IMG/VR virus record: IMGVR_UViG_3300011741_000001
Coordinates: 186,001-239,534 of that record
Strand: one strand, 5' to 3'
DNA length: 53,534 bases
Origin: an uncultured virus (IMG/VR IMGVR_UViG_3300011741_000001)
Lineage: Duplodnaviria > Heunggongvirae > Uroviricota > Caudoviricetes
The translations under genes and the position numbers were made by a program. This document shows, in pieces, positions 35,825-46,282 of the stretch. Each line of letters begins with the position of its first letter. Position 1 is the stretch's first letter. The notes below the pieces were generated by a model. It was not told the DNA's origin and searched no databases. It was given only the letters and a program-made list of their open reading frames with translations.

Positions 35825-38781
35825 TGGATACTTACAACACGCTTAAGAACAACATGCTGCTGCTGGCGCACAATCCCGGGGCCATGTTGATGTTACAGTT
35901 AAACCAGTTGCAAGCGGTGGAGAACGACACCACCATTGAATTGCGTGACCCGACTGACCCGGTGGTGTTTCTGGCAGAGATGGGTGTGGTGATGGGACAT
36001 GCCACCATTCAGGGGAACCGGGAGATTCTCCCGAAGATGTACCCGAGCATGGCCAAAGACTACGACGACCTGTTCCGTCACATGTCAGACGTCGACTACG
36101 TGGATGTGTTTGCCCAGCCTGCCTCCACGGAACTGCTCCTCTATATTGACGTCGACTCGCTCATCAGTAAAGCGATGCCGTTGGTTTACGAGGGTGTGCG
36201 TAAGGTGGTGATTCCACGTGACACGGTGTTCACGGTCTCGGGCTACAACTTTGCCATTCAGTACCCGATTGAGATTCGTGTGTTGCCGTACGGTACCACC
36301 GAGCAGCCGGCGTTTCAGGTGGTCTGGCTGACGGACACCCAGTCGCCGATTACCCCGGTCTCGACCAACGCCCTGGAGTGGTCAGTCACGTCTGCCCCGT
36401 CGTACGGTTCCGCCATTCTGGGGATTAAAATCCCGGCGTTGCAGTACAGCGTCAGTTCGGAGAACAACGTCGACACGATTGCCGGGGATACCCAGTTCGT
36501 GATGACCCGTCCGTTCAGCAACCAGTTCTTCTACGCAAGAATCTGGATGATGGCCTCCGGCAGCACCAAGTGGACAGAACTGAACCACACGCACTCGCGT
36601 GACGTGTACGACGTCACAGTCCCCACAGCGTTGGTGCAGGTGCTGGATGGGTCGATTCGCTGCGTTATCCCGTCCGTGTATTTGAAGACAGGGTTAATCA
36701 GTGGCACGATTCGCATGGACATCTATACCACGCTGGGGCCGTTGAACGTCGACATCTCAGGCTACCCGGTGGACGAGTTCACCTTTGCCCTGCGCGACTA
36801 CAACGCGGAGATTGATGCCACCTACTACAACCCAATTGAAACGTTCGCCGTGAAACAGCTGGCTGCGCAGACCGGGACGTTAGTGAGTGGGGGTCGCTCA
36901 GCACTGACGTTTGAACAGTTACGTGCCCGTCTGATTGATAACTCGGTGGGTACCCGTAAACTGCCCATCACGGAGAAACAAGCGGCTGCCGCTGCGAATA
37001 ACTCCGGGCTCCAGTTAACGGTGCCGGTGAGTTACGTCACAGGCCGTATTTTCCACCTGAGCGCGCCTCTGCCGGCCTCTACCGTGAAGAACGTCAGTTC
37101 ACCCATGGGTTCGGTAACTGCCCCGCTGTTCTTTACGTGGGACGAATTAGCAGCCCTCTCCACGGTGCGGGTCAATGGGAATCGCCTGACGGTGCTCCCG
37201 ACCACGGTGTATAAGTACAGCGGCACCAGTCTGACGGTGGATGCGAGCATGACGGAACTGCGAACGGCACTGAGTGCAGACGACCTGATTAACCAGGCGA
37301 ATGCGGCCCAGTACATGTTCACGCCGTTCTACTACGTGATTGACATCAACAACCAGGCCATCGATGCACGTGTCTACCAGTTGGACAAACCCGAGGTGAC
37401 CGGGAAACGCTTTGTGGTGACCAACGTCTCGACCGAGCTCAGTGTGGTGTCTGACTCCTACGAGTTCGAACAGACCGAGAAAGGGTACGTGTTGCGTGTG
37501 CTGACCAAATCCGAGAGCTCTTACCAGAACCTCGATGACAGTCAGTGCTTTGCGCAAATCTCGTACACACCCCGCAACTACGTTGACCAGTACGCGTACA
37601 TCAACGGTACGCTGGTTGGGAAACGGGATAACGAGCGTGTCTGGGAGTTCCTGCTGGAAACCAACCTCGACGTTGACCGTAACGACGAACTGGTGCTGAC
37701 CAACACCCGTATGACCTCAGCAAACATCACGCCACTACCGCTGGCGCTGGATGCGGAAGTCAACCTGTTCTTTGGTGTCACCGGTTGGAACCCGAAGAAC
37801 TACGAACGTGCGACGATGGATACCGTGATTGTCCCGCCTGCGCGTGATGCGATTGGTGTGACGCACGAAATCTTCAGTGTGCGGTGTGGGAAAGCGTTAA
37901 CGGCTTACTGGCGTAAACCGCGTCCGGTGACGGACAGTATCAACTACAAATACTACCAGGCTGATGAGCTGGCGTACTACGAAGAGGATGTGTACAAACT
38001 CAACCCGACCACCGGGGTGCCGATGTATACCGTGGACAACAGCACCACGCCACCGACCATCAACTTTGTGTACGAACACCGTAAAGGTGATCCGGTACTC
38101 AACGACGATGGGACGCAGAAGGTTGCGCACCGTCAGGGTGATTTGGTACTGGACAGCTTAGGCCAGAGTATCATCGATAAGCCGCGCTCGTTGATGTTCC
38201 GTAACGAGATGCCGGCGTACGATGCCCGGTATATGTTTGCTGATGCGCCTGCTGTGCAGAGCTACGTGCAAAGTGTGGTGGACTTCATCGTGAACAAAGT
38301 CACGGTGGTGATTCCTACCCTGACCCCGGACTTGATTGACCAGACCGACGGGTTCTTTGTACCACTCACCACGATGGGGTACATCAGTGCGCGTACCGAA
38401 GACGGTGCGGTGACACCGATTCCTGCGGAGAACCGCTTCACGGTCTACTACTACATGACCGCAGCGAACCGTAAGAACACGGATCTCATCAAAGTCCTGC
38501 GTACCAAAACCTCACAGGTCATCAACGATTATCTCCACAACAACATCACCGTCTCTGCGACGGCGTTGGGCAAAGCGCTGGAGAATGAGTTGGAGTCGAG
38601 CATCATCTCCGTTGAGATTGGCGGGATGGGGCCGGATGAGGATTGGCGGTTGTTCACCGTGGTAGGTGATGCTTCACAAGCCACCATTGGGAAGAAACTG
38701 GAGCTGTTGTCCGATGGCACGATTAGCCTGAAAGACGATATCCTTATCAGTTACAACCGACACGACACCGACGCCAGCTAA
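35824..38781 (+). CDS. Baseplate wedge-like structural protein (phiKZ gp87-like), 985 aa
   Basis: DP..FLAE, YP..A.....L..H and SGG....TFEQLR motifs typical of baseplate J/gp6-like proteins. Confidence 0.7.
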   Translation: MDTYNTLKNNMLLLAHNPGAMLMLQLNQLQAVENDTTIELRDPTDPVVFLAEMGVVMGHATIQGNREILPKMYPSMAKDYDDLFRHMSDVDYVDVFAQPASTELLLYIDVDSLISKAMPLVYEGVRKVVIPRDTVFTVSGYNFAIQYPIEIRVLPYGTTEQPAFQVVWLTDTQSPITPVSTNALEWSVTSAPSYGSAILGIKIPALQYSVSSENNVDTIAGDTQFVMTRPFSNQFFYARIWMMASGSTKWTELNHTHSRDVYDVTVPTALVQVLDGSIRCVIPSVYLKTGLISGTIRMDIYTTLGPLNVDISGYPVDEFTFALRDYNAEIDATYYNPIETFAVKQLAAQTGTLVSGGRSALTFEQLRARLIDNSVGTRKLPITEKQAAAAANNSGLQLTVPVSYVTGRIFHLSAPLPASTVKNVSSPMGSVTAPLFFTWDELAALSTVRVNGNRLTVLPTTVYKYSGTSLTVDASMTELRTALSADDLINQANAAQYMFTPFYYVIDINNQAIDARVYQLDKPEVTGKRFVVTNVSTELSVVSDSYEFEQTEKGYVLRVLTKSESSYQNLDDSQCFAQISYTPRNYVDQYAYINGTLVGKRDNERVWEFLLETNLDVDRNDELVLTNTRMTSANITPLPLALDAEVNLFFGVTGWNPKNYERATMDTVIVPPARDAIGVTHEIFSVRCGKALTAYWRKPRPVTDSINYKYYQADELAYYEEDVYKLNPTTGVPMYTVDNSTTPPTINFVYEHRKGDPVLNDDGTQKVAHRQGDLVLDSLGQSIIDKPRSLMFRNEMPAYDARYMFADAPAVQSYVQSVVDFIVNKVTVVIPTLTPDLIDQTDGFFVPLTTMGYISARTEDGAVTPIPAENRFTVYYYMTAANRKNTDLIKVLRTKTSQVINDYLHNNITVSATALGKALENELESSIISVEIGGMGPDEDWRLFTVVGDASQATIGKKLELLSDGTISLKDDILISYNRHDTDAS

Positions 38782-38836
38782 AAAAAAAAAAGAAAGCCCC
38801 AACTCCTTTACGGGAGTTGGGGTACTTTTATTTTTT
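38780..38836. terminator. Bidirectional terminator
   Basis: ccccaactcc...ggagttgggg with A- and T-tracts, between convergent genes. Confidence 0.85.
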
Positions 38837-40519
38837 CACCAATGGGTTCTTGCTGGCTGAATTCAACACCGCCTGCAACGACGCTGCGCCTAAGCACAGA
38901 CGACGCACGAGGTTCAGGTTGTCTTTCATCCCGCCCACAAAGTCTTTGCCGTTGCTGAAGAAAATCAACGCAAACTCACGACCGTGACCTGTACCGTGAC
39001 GACCGGCTTCCAGCTGTTTGATGACCGCATCGGTCAGGAAATCAAAGTAGCCTTTGTCCGCATCTTTCACGGCCTTGCCCCAGCGCTCGAGTTTGTCCAC
39101 GAACACTTCGATGTTCTTCTGCAACACGGTGTACCCGTCCAGACGACCTTTGTACTTGTGCTCGGTGAACGTGTCCGGGCCCAAACTCACAATCGCCTTC
39201 AGAATCCCACGCATATCCACATTGGACAGGCTGGTTTTCTCGGTCATCGTGGCAAACGAACTCTGGGTAAGGAACGCCCCTTCCTGCGCGGTGGCGATAA
39301 CCTGCCCACCGGGGATTTCCACGCCTTCATCGTAGCCGATGAGGTTGCGGGCTTGTGCTGGCGTTACAGTAACACACGGGCCGTTATCAAACGTGAACTG
39401 GCGAGTGGCATCGTCAATGGCAATCGACACAATGTTGTTGAGCATTCCCAACGCTTCCGTGAACGGTTGGCTGGCGACTTCCCCTGCTGGGAAAAGCACG
39501 CGCTGACCCCGTTGTTCGATGGAACCCATCTTGCGGAAACTTTTCATCAGATCCGCACTGTTCAGCGCTTCAAAGCCTTTGGCCATCCCGCCGAAGAACT
39601 GCGTCAGTTCCCCGACCATCCCGGCGTAACGCACGTAGGTGAGTTCACACGGGAAATGGATACCGGCTTGCTTCACAGAAATGGGTAGCGCATCGTAGGC
39701 CACTTTACAGGCACCGGCTTTGTAGATGCCCGACGTCAGACGGAGGTTCAACAGCGCATCAATCATATCGCGCAGCACGGTGTTTTCGTCACGCTTGCCT
39801 TTGCTGGAGTAGCTTTCAAACAGCGACTTCCACGGCGACACACCCAGCACAGAAGCCACGGAGTTCATGTACTTCTCTGCACCCAAATCCTGAATGACTT
39901 TATCAACCTGAGCGACGCCCATGTTGAAGCTGTCTTTATCAGAAGCCGCAGTGAAATACTTGCCGTAGAGTTCTTTTACGGTTGCTGACTTCAGCGAGTC
40001 GTAAATCGCGCCATCGGGCAACGACGGCTTTTCCTGACCGTCGACGTCGTCCTTGTATTTGTCCGGGTCTGCATCCCCGCCCCCGCCAAACGGTTTCCCG
40101 TTGGCGATAATCCAACCGATGATTTTCAGCAGTGCCGTTACCAGCAACACCACCAATCCCACACGCCCGGCTTTCGCCCAGCTCTCCAGAGCCACGACCG
40201 TCTGTTCCTGACCGGTACGGCTGTAGTTGGAGGTGAGCATCTTACGCACAGTGGGTGGGATAGTGCCCGGACGAATTGATTCCGTGGCCACCGCGACATC
40301 GGTGTTCAGTCCGTTCTTCTTGATCTCTTCCAGAATGGATTCAATCTGCACGAGGATACGGGCACCGTAAAGCATGTCGGCGTCGTTACGCTGCATGTAC
40401 AGATTGAGCTGGTCGAGTGTATCGACCTTCTCGTTCATGCGCTCACGCAGCAAAGCCCCAATCTCCCCGAGTTTCCACTTGGAGTTGGTGTGGCCTGCTA
40501 ACCCAGTAATTGCTGTCAT
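38828..40519 (-). CDS. Head/ejection protein with a hydrophobic segment (SPN3US gp47-like), 563 aa
   Basis: VATES and VALES protease sites, then a TM-like helix (VGLVVLLVTALLKIIGWII). Confidence 0.65.
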   Translation of the reverse strand: MTAITGLAGHTNSKWKLGEIGALLRERMNEKVDTLDQLNLYMQRNDADMLYGARILVQIESILEEIKKNGLNTDVAVATESIRPGTIPPTVRKMLTSNYSRTGQEQTVVALESWAKAGRVGLVVLLVTALLKIIGWIIANGKPFGGGGDADPDKYKDDVDGQEKPSLPDGAIYDSLKSATVKELYGKYFTAASDKDSFNMGVAQVDKVIQDLGAEKYMNSVASVLGVSPWKSLFESYSSKGKRDENTVLRDMIDALLNLRLTSGIYKAGACKVAYDALPISVKQAGIHFPCELTYVRYAGMVGELTQFFGGMAKGFEALNSADLMKSFRKMGSIEQRGQRVLFPAGEVASQPFTEALGMLNNIVSIAIDDATRQFTFDNGPCVTVTPAQARNLIGYDEGVEIPGGQVIATAQEGAFLTQSSFATMTEKTSLSNVDMRGILKAIVSLGPDTFTEHKYKGRLDGYTVLQKNIEVFVDKLERWGKAVKDADKGYFDFLTDAVIKQLEAGRHGTGHGREFALIFFSNGKDFVGGMKDNLNLVRRLCLGAASLQAVLNSASKNPLVKK

Positions 40520-40959
40520 GCGGCTTCACCTTTTACTTCACGGACATAGAAGTCCACGGCTTCGAGGAAACGACCGGCCCACAGGGTAATGGTTTCCCAG
40601 CACGAGTCGCCGTACACGTCTTCCACGATTTGGCGCGGACGGAACGATTCCAGTGCACGGTACTGACCCCAGGCGTGTTCGTAGCGGTTCACGTAGAACG
40701 CTTCGGTCATGGCGATGATCTGACCCAAGTCAACCATCATCAGTTCGTTCACGTCAGAGATAACCGTGTTCAGAATCGGACGCAGTAAGGTAGACGAAGC
40801 TTCCGCAGCGCCGTTACGGCCATTGTCCGGCAGCTTTGCCGAGTACGCCAGTGAGAAGGCCACCAAACAAGTCAGTGCGTTGTTCGCCAACACACCTTTA
40901 CCTTCGGCGGAACGTTTGTAGTCAATCACCAGTGAGTTCAAAGATACTTTGTGAGTCAT
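40516..40959 (-). CDS. Small probable head protein (SPN3US gp46-like), 147 aa
   Basis: AGGGG SD; ATGA overlap; synteny. Confidence 0.6.
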   Translation of the reverse strand: MTHKVSLNSLVIDYKRSAEGKGVLANNALTCLVAFSLAYSAKLPDNGRNGAAEASSTLLRPILNTVISDVNELMMVDLGQIIAMTEAFYVNRYEHAWGQYRALESFRPRQIVEDVYGDSCWETITLWAGRFLEAVDFYVREVKGEAA

Positions 40960-40982
40960 GGAACGAATTCCCCTATAAATGA

Positions 40983-42338
40983 TTAAGCACTGGCGCGGAG
41001 CTTGTGCATGGCGACGGTGAGATTGTTGTTCAGGTACTTCTCAACATCACGCTGGAAGTCCACGGCTTGTGTTTCACGACGGCCAGATGGCAGGATGTTT
41101 TTCTGAATGAACGAGTAGACGTTGTCTTTGTCTTTCACGGACTTCAGTAACTCATCCACCTGTGCGATACCGGCCAGAATACGGGCACGGTGTGCGTTGG
41201 CGTCTTTGGTGTTCTTACCTTCTACGGTTTTGAGTTCCGCAACCAGCGTACGGCGCATGGTCTCAAAACGTTCCTGCGGCGGATCGTAGATGGTCGTGGT
41301 TGGGTCAGCTATCATGGTGCCCAGCAGCGCGTTCAGGCCGAAGCACAGCACACCCAGCGGCCCACCGGTTACCGCAATCCCAATCATCCACAGCACGTAG
41401 ATGGTTTCAATCGCCGTGTGGACACCGTAATTCATGTACGAGGAGTTGCGGAAGATGTACCAGCTTGACGTTTCGAGTTTGTACAGCCCGGTGGCCAGTT
41501 CCTGCGCCGCGCCAAAGCGGGCAGCGTAGTCATCCGCCATACGTTCCCAGCTGCGGTTACCGAAACCTTCCCCGCCGGTCAGGTTACCACGTTCCAGCAG
41601 GGTAGCGGTCACCAGATGCACATAAAGGTTTTCCTTTTTGTACTCTTTGACGATGGTTTCCGGTTGGGCGATTTTGGTGTTCAGCATCCGCTCAACATCT
41701 TTCACCACCCGCAGACGTTCGACGTCGGATTCCATCTTCATCATCTGGTTCGCTGCCGCATCGGCAATCATGTTCACCACCACACCACGCATCAGGGTGC
41801 GGAAGTAGTAATAAACGTGACCCACTTCATGCAGGATAATCGCCGCCAGCTCGTACGAGGTCAGGTCGAGTTTCTCCTCGAACAGCGGAGGCGTCATGTA
41901 CAGCGGAGAGGCAATCTTTGACAAATCCCCGGAAATTTTCCCGGTCTCGTCATTAAACTCACCGTTGAGCTGGTTCTCTTTGATGAACTTGGTGTAGATG
42001 TCGAGGTCTTCATTGCCCTGATAGAAGCGACGATGCAGGTTCGACACGATCGGGTTGTTGGCATCAATCTTCGGGGGCTCTACGCCGGCAAAGGCAAAGA
42101 GGTTATAGCCGATTTCGTGCCCGTTACGGAACAGCACAGTGATGCCACAGTTTTCGGAAATCCATTCAGCGATACCGCTTGCGATATACGCTTCAGGTGA
42201 GAAGTCACCGGCCAGCCGAAAGGTTTCAACCAATTCCGCAAGCGTAGCAAGCTTCTTTTTGTTCTGGAATCGAATTGACTCCTGAGCCACGACTTTGTAT
42301 TCCGCGGCTGTTTTGGCACGTTTAGACCAGTAACCCAT
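40983..42338 (-). CDS. Head protein with HExxH zinc-metalloprotease motif and TM region (phiKZ gp84-like), 451 aa
   Basis: VAQES site, AIILHEVGH, E.MADDYAARFG, long hydrophobic hairpin. Confidence 0.7.
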   Translation of the reverse strand: MGYWSKRAKTAAEYKVVAQESIRFQNKKKLATLAELVETFRLAGDFSPEAYIASGIAEWISENCGITVLFRNGHEIGYNLFAFAGVEPPKIDANNPIVSNLHRRFYQGNEDLDIYTKFIKENQLNGEFNDETGKISGDLSKIASPLYMTPPLFEEKLDLTSYELAAIILHEVGHVYYYFRTLMRGVVVNMIADAAANQMMKMESDVERLRVVKDVERMLNTKIAQPETIVKEYKKENLYVHLVTATLLERGNLTGGEGFGNRSWERMADDYAARFGAAQELATGLYKLETSSWYIFRNSSYMNYGVHTAIETIYVLWMIGIAVTGGPLGVLCFGLNALLGTMIADPTTTIYDPPQERFETMRRTLVAELKTVEGKNTKDANAHRARILAGIAQVDELLKSVKDKDNVYSFIQKNILPSGRRETQAVDFQRDVEKYLNNNLTVAMHKLRASA

Positions 42339-42412
42339 CTTCGGCTATCCTTTTGAGATTTTTACGTCTCCCTCGAATGGTATAGAAGCCCTATACGCAT
42401 CGAGAGACACCC

Positions 42413-44185
42413 ATGGAAACCAATAACTATTTTCACCCCGATGACGTCGTCGGCCGTGAATGCAAGCACATTTCGTACGCGCATGACGAGGCAAAAGAAA
42501 ATGATTGCGTCCTCGTGAAGGAGGTCGTCCATACTAAAGACGGGCGGCAGATACCGTGGATTCGCATCGCCGAGAACGTTAAGCGTCCGGTTTACGTTAC
42601 GCAAAAGCAGTACCAGAACCACAAAGAAAAGAAAGAGTACGAAGAGCGTGGCAAGTGTCAGGAAATCATGACCACCGACATTAACCGCTCTACGGCTATT
42701 CAGTTGGGGTTAGGTTACCGTTTCCCTGACCCGAAACAATCCTTGCGTCGGGTGTGTACCAGTCCTTACGTCTACTGGGCGGATTTGTCGGTCTGTACGT
42801 ACCTGAAACAGAAGTACATGAAGAAATGGCCCGAGGCGATTTCCGAGAACCGTCTGTGTGTTATCGACGTCGAGACCAACGAACGGGAAGGCACCAAAGA
42901 ACCGAACATCATGAGTTTCATCTTAGACGATGAGATTCACTTCTTTGCTGACAAAGCGTACATGGACCGCATCCCCGGTGGCGAAGACACCATCGTCAAG
43001 AAAGCGGTTGAGTTACTGCGTAAGGTACCGTTCCGCAAGAAAGGGGATGACGGGTCATTCACGGACGAGATTGAAGAGCGTGATGTGCTGGGTAACTACA
43101 AACTGTTTACCTACACCTGTGCGACACCCGGTCAGTGTATCGTCCGGATGTTCCAATTGATTCACGCTCGCTTGCCGGATCTGGTTGTCGCATGGAACCA
43201 CCAGTTCGACCACAACAAAATCTTAGGGCAGTTGAAAGCCGAGGGGATTGACCCGGCAGACGTTTACTGTCATCCGGATGTCCCGCCACAGTACCGTAAG
43301 GTGTGGTTCAAAGAAGACCAGGCCAACAAAAAGACGGAGTCCAAGTCACTCACCAAATCCCCTGCAGACCAATGGCATGTGATGTACTGCATGGCGTCGT
43401 TCTACTGCGTAGATGCGATGTGTGTCTTTAAGAAAATCCGTACGCATGAAGGTAACCGTCCGAACTACAAACTCTCGACCACACTGTCCACCGAGATAGG
43501 GATTACCAAACTCGATATCCCGGGTTTACCTTACACGGATAACCTGCAGTGGCACATTGATGCACAGGAGCGGTTCCCAGCGGAATACGCGGTGTACAAC
43601 ATCATGGATAACCTGTTGATTATCCTGCTCGACCAAAAGAACAAAGACTTAGCCTCAGCACTGTCGGTGTTGTCCGGTGTGTCGATGTTCGATATCTTCC
43701 CGTCTCTGCCGAAACGTATCTGTGATGCCTTTACCTTCTACCTCGAGAAACAGAATCTCGTGATAGGGTCAGTGGGCTCAGCGATGCGTAACGAGAAAGA
43801 CGAAGAGGTTATCGGCACCGACGGATGGATTGTTACGTTACCTGCTCACATGAACCAAGAGAACGGGTTACGGAATATCCTCGCCGAGATACCGGACTTT
43901 TACAGTGCGTTCCGTGGTCAAACGGCGGATGCTGACTTAACACAGGCATACCCGTCCGCGACCAACATGATGAACCAATCACGTGAAACCACGTACATTG
44001 AACTCATCTACGTGAACGGGGTGGATGAACAGGTACGTCGTCGTGTGGGGGTCAACCTAACCGCCGGGCGCGTCAACGCCATGGAGATTGCGACGGACTT
44101 CTTCCTGCTCCCCGATAAAGAAATCGTCCTTGACAAATTCATGCAACGCATGACTGACAAAGGACTCCTGACCGTGGAGGTATAA
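42413..44185 (+). CDS. Split family B DNA polymerase subunit: 3'-5' exonuclease plus motif A (phiKZ gp82-like), 590 aa
   Basis: ExoI IDVET, ExoII WNHQFD, ExoIII YNIMD, Pol motif A DLTQAYPS; no motif B or C before the stop. Confidence 0.85.
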   Translation: METNNYFHPDDVVGRECKHISYAHDEAKENDCVLVKEVVHTKDGRQIPWIRIAENVKRPVYVTQKQYQNHKEKKEYEERGKCQEIMTTDINRSTAIQLGLGYRFPDPKQSLRRVCTSPYVYWADLSVCTYLKQKYMKKWPEAISENRLCVIDVETNEREGTKEPNIMSFILDDEIHFFADKAYMDRIPGGEDTIVKKAVELLRKVPFRKKGDDGSFTDEIEERDVLGNYKLFTYTCATPGQCIVRMFQLIHARLPDLVVAWNHQFDHNKILGQLKAEGIDPADVYCHPDVPPQYRKVWFKEDQANKKTESKSLTKSPADQWHVMYCMASFYCVDAMCVFKKIRTHEGNRPNYKLSTTLSTEIGITKLDIPGLPYTDNLQWHIDAQERFPAEYAVYNIMDNLLIILLDQKNKDLASALSVLSGVSMFDIFPSLPKRICDAFTFYLEKQNLVIGSVGSAMRNEKDEEVIGTDGWIVTLPAHMNQENGLRNILAEIPDFYSAFRGQTADADLTQAYPSATNMMNQSRETTYIELIYVNGVDEQVRRRVGVNLTAGRVNAMEIATDFFLLPDKEIVLDKFMQRMTDKGLLTVEV

Positions 44186-44397
44186 TGTTTGGACTTCTGG
44201 AATCAGCTTTGGAAATTGCGCAAGCAATTAATCCGCAACTTGGTGGCTCGACTCCTGCGTCGGGCACCGTCTACTCCACCGGAGACTGCACCGAAGCCTG
44301 TGCCGTTGAGCCGGAGGAAGAGAGCGAGAATGCGCAGGCGCAAATCGATGCGGCGTACGCCATCGGACGATTAGTCGGTGAACGACTGATTAAATAA
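44185..44397 (+). CDS. Small acidic hypothetical protein, 70 aa
   Basis: GGAGG SD and TAATG coupling to the polymerase gene. Confidence 0.65.
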   Translation: MFGLLESALEIAQAINPQLGGSTPASGTVYSTGDCTEACAVEPEEESENAQAQIDAAYAIGRLVGERLIK

Positions 44398-44438
44398 AAG
44401 TACCCTACTACTCCGCGGAGTAGTAGGGCTTTTTCTTT
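44395..44438. terminator. Bidirectional terminator
   Basis: ccctactactc-cgcg-gagtagtaggg with A- and T-tracts. Confidence 0.85.
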
Positions 44439-44968
44439 TATGCCGCGTTGAAGGCATGCGCCAGCAGACCGCGCAGGTCTTCATTGACCACGCGGTTCAC
44501 CAGACGGCTGATGTCATTACGTGATGCGAAGTTCGCTTTGTCGGTAGACTTGGCGAAACGAATCAGGTAGTTAATGAACACCATGAACGTACCGGCTTCA
44601 TCTTTGTCCGCGAAGGTGTCGATGAAACGGTTGACGTTGGTCTGGCTCAGGATGCCGTTCTTGTACGTCACAGCGGCTTTCACAAAGATAGTGAAGGCGT
44701 CAAGGAACGCTTCGCCGCGCAGTGAGAACAGGATACGGAACGCGTTGTGCAGTTTCTGGTAGGCGGTTTTCTCAGCCGGGGTACCCGACGGTTTGCTTTT
44801 ACCGACAGCATTACCGGCTTCTTCCAGCAACTGACCGATCATCGTGACGTTGTACTGCTCGTCTGCGGTGTACGTCGCTTTCGCTACGACCGAAGCCGTG
44901 GTTTTGGTGGTTGAGGTAGAACCTTCGCTGACACGGGCAGCGTTGGTGTTGGTATCTGAACTGGCCAT
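44438..44968 (-). CDS. Hypothetical protein, 176 aa
   Basis: AAGGA SD; follows the vRNAP subunit gene. Confidence 0.72.
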   Translation of the reverse strand: MASSDTNTNAARVSEGSTSTTKTTASVVAKATYTADEQYNVTMIGQLLEEAGNAVGKSKPSGTPAEKTAYQKLHNAFRILFSLRGEAFLDAFTIFVKAAVTYKNGILSQTNVNRFIDTFADKDEAGTFMVFINYLIRFAKSTDKANFASRNDISRLVNRVVNEDLRGLLAHAFNAA

Positions 44969-44977
44969 GATTGGTCC

Positions 44978-46282
44978 TTACGTGATGTGGAGGAATGGGT
45001 CGAACTCTTCAACAACTGTTTCACGGCCGTGCATTGCACCCATGGCATTCAACATGACGTTGGAGAACCCGGTGGCAATATCAGCGGCGATAGCGCGTTC
45101 TTCTTTGGCTTTCTCTTCGGAAGCACAGCCCGCACAGCAGTCTACGTGACCCTGTTGACATAACAAAGGTCTGCGCAGGTTGATGAATTTCCCCATGTTA
45201 GCTTTGACAAAGTCCGCGGTGACTTGCTGAATATTACCGTTGACCATGTGGTTCATGCCGAGGTAACGCTTGGCGTTCACCGGACTGAGTTTGACCTGAT
45301 GGGTGAGTTTGGTACCGCAGTCGTCATTCAGGATACGGTGGTTCTGGAAAATCATCTGGATGATTCGAACCTGTTCACCGCCTTTTGCTGTTTCGGCACC
45401 ACGCATGAACGAGCCTTCGCGGGTCGAGTTGTATTTGTCAACCAGATGCGACAGTCCCGAGGACTTCTCTTCCACCAACGCTGTCGGTATCAGGGTAAAG
45501 TCCGCACCTTCTTTAAAGGAGGTTTCAATCCCGTACATCAGCATCAGTTTACGACGACGCATACGCGCTTTCTTCGAGGCGTAGAACTGAATCGACTGGT
45601 CACCGGATAACCACTCGGTATCCAACTCATCCAGCGCCTTTTCAATCATCACAATGACCGCCGGGTTATCCAGCTCGTCTTTGTGCTTCAGTAACAAGGC
45701 ATCACGGATTTTGTAGGTGTCCGGGTGTACCGTCAACGAACGCAATGTCCCGGTCGGTGCCACCGCAATGGTCATCGGGGCAATCTCACTTAACCCCTGA
45801 ATGAATTTCCCAACCATGCTCGGGCGAATCGCGTCCACGTTATCCGGATCGTCTTCTTCATTATCCAGACAACGGGCATAGATTTCCTTCTGGTACACCA
45901 TCGGACTACCGCCTTCCTCGAGGAAAGGTAAACGGGTACCGAACGCGTAATAGATGACAATCCAGTTGAACACGTAACGCCCTGCGCCCACGCTCACAGT
46001 CTTCGCCAAGCCCGGGTACATGTCCGGGGTGACGTCAAACCGGTCTTCGGCGTAGAACAGCTCGCGGTCTTTCGGTACATCGGTAATCCGAATCCATTCC
46101 GCAGGAGAGTCTTCGTCACTCTCTTCGTAATAGTGCGGGAAACCGTCAATGTAGGTGATGTCGTACTGCTGCGGTTGTTCGTTCGCAGGGAACTGACACA
46201 CGTTAAACACGCTCAGTCGCCACACCAGACGTCGCCACGCTTCACTCTTGCACGCGGCGGCTAAATACTCAATCCTGTTCAT
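44978..46282 (-). CDS. rpoC: Virion RNA polymerase beta-prime middle subunit (phiKZ gp80-like), 434 aa
   Basis: Bridge helix-like REGSFMRGAETAKGG, DDCGT, Zn site R.P..C....CC..C, trigger-loop-like AMGAMH. Confidence 0.82.
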   Translation of the reverse strand: MNRIEYLAAACKSEAWRRLVWRLSVFNVCQFPANEQPQQYDITYIDGFPHYYEESDEDSPAEWIRITDVPKDRELFYAEDRFDVTPDMYPGLAKTVSVGAGRYVFNWIVIYYAFGTRLPFLEEGGSPMVYQKEIYARCLDNEEDDPDNVDAIRPSMVGKFIQGLSEIAPMTIAVAPTGTLRSLTVHPDTYKIRDALLLKHKDELDNPAVIVMIEKALDELDTEWLSGDQSIQFYASKKARMRRRKLMLMYGIETSFKEGADFTLIPTALVEEKSSGLSHLVDKYNSTREGSFMRGAETAKGGEQVRIIQMIFQNHRILNDDCGTKLTHQVKLSPVNAKRYLGMNHMVNGNIQQVTADFVKANMGKFINLRRPLLCQQGHVDCCAGCASEEKAKEERAIAADIATGFSNVMLNAMGAMHGRETVVEEFDPFLHIT

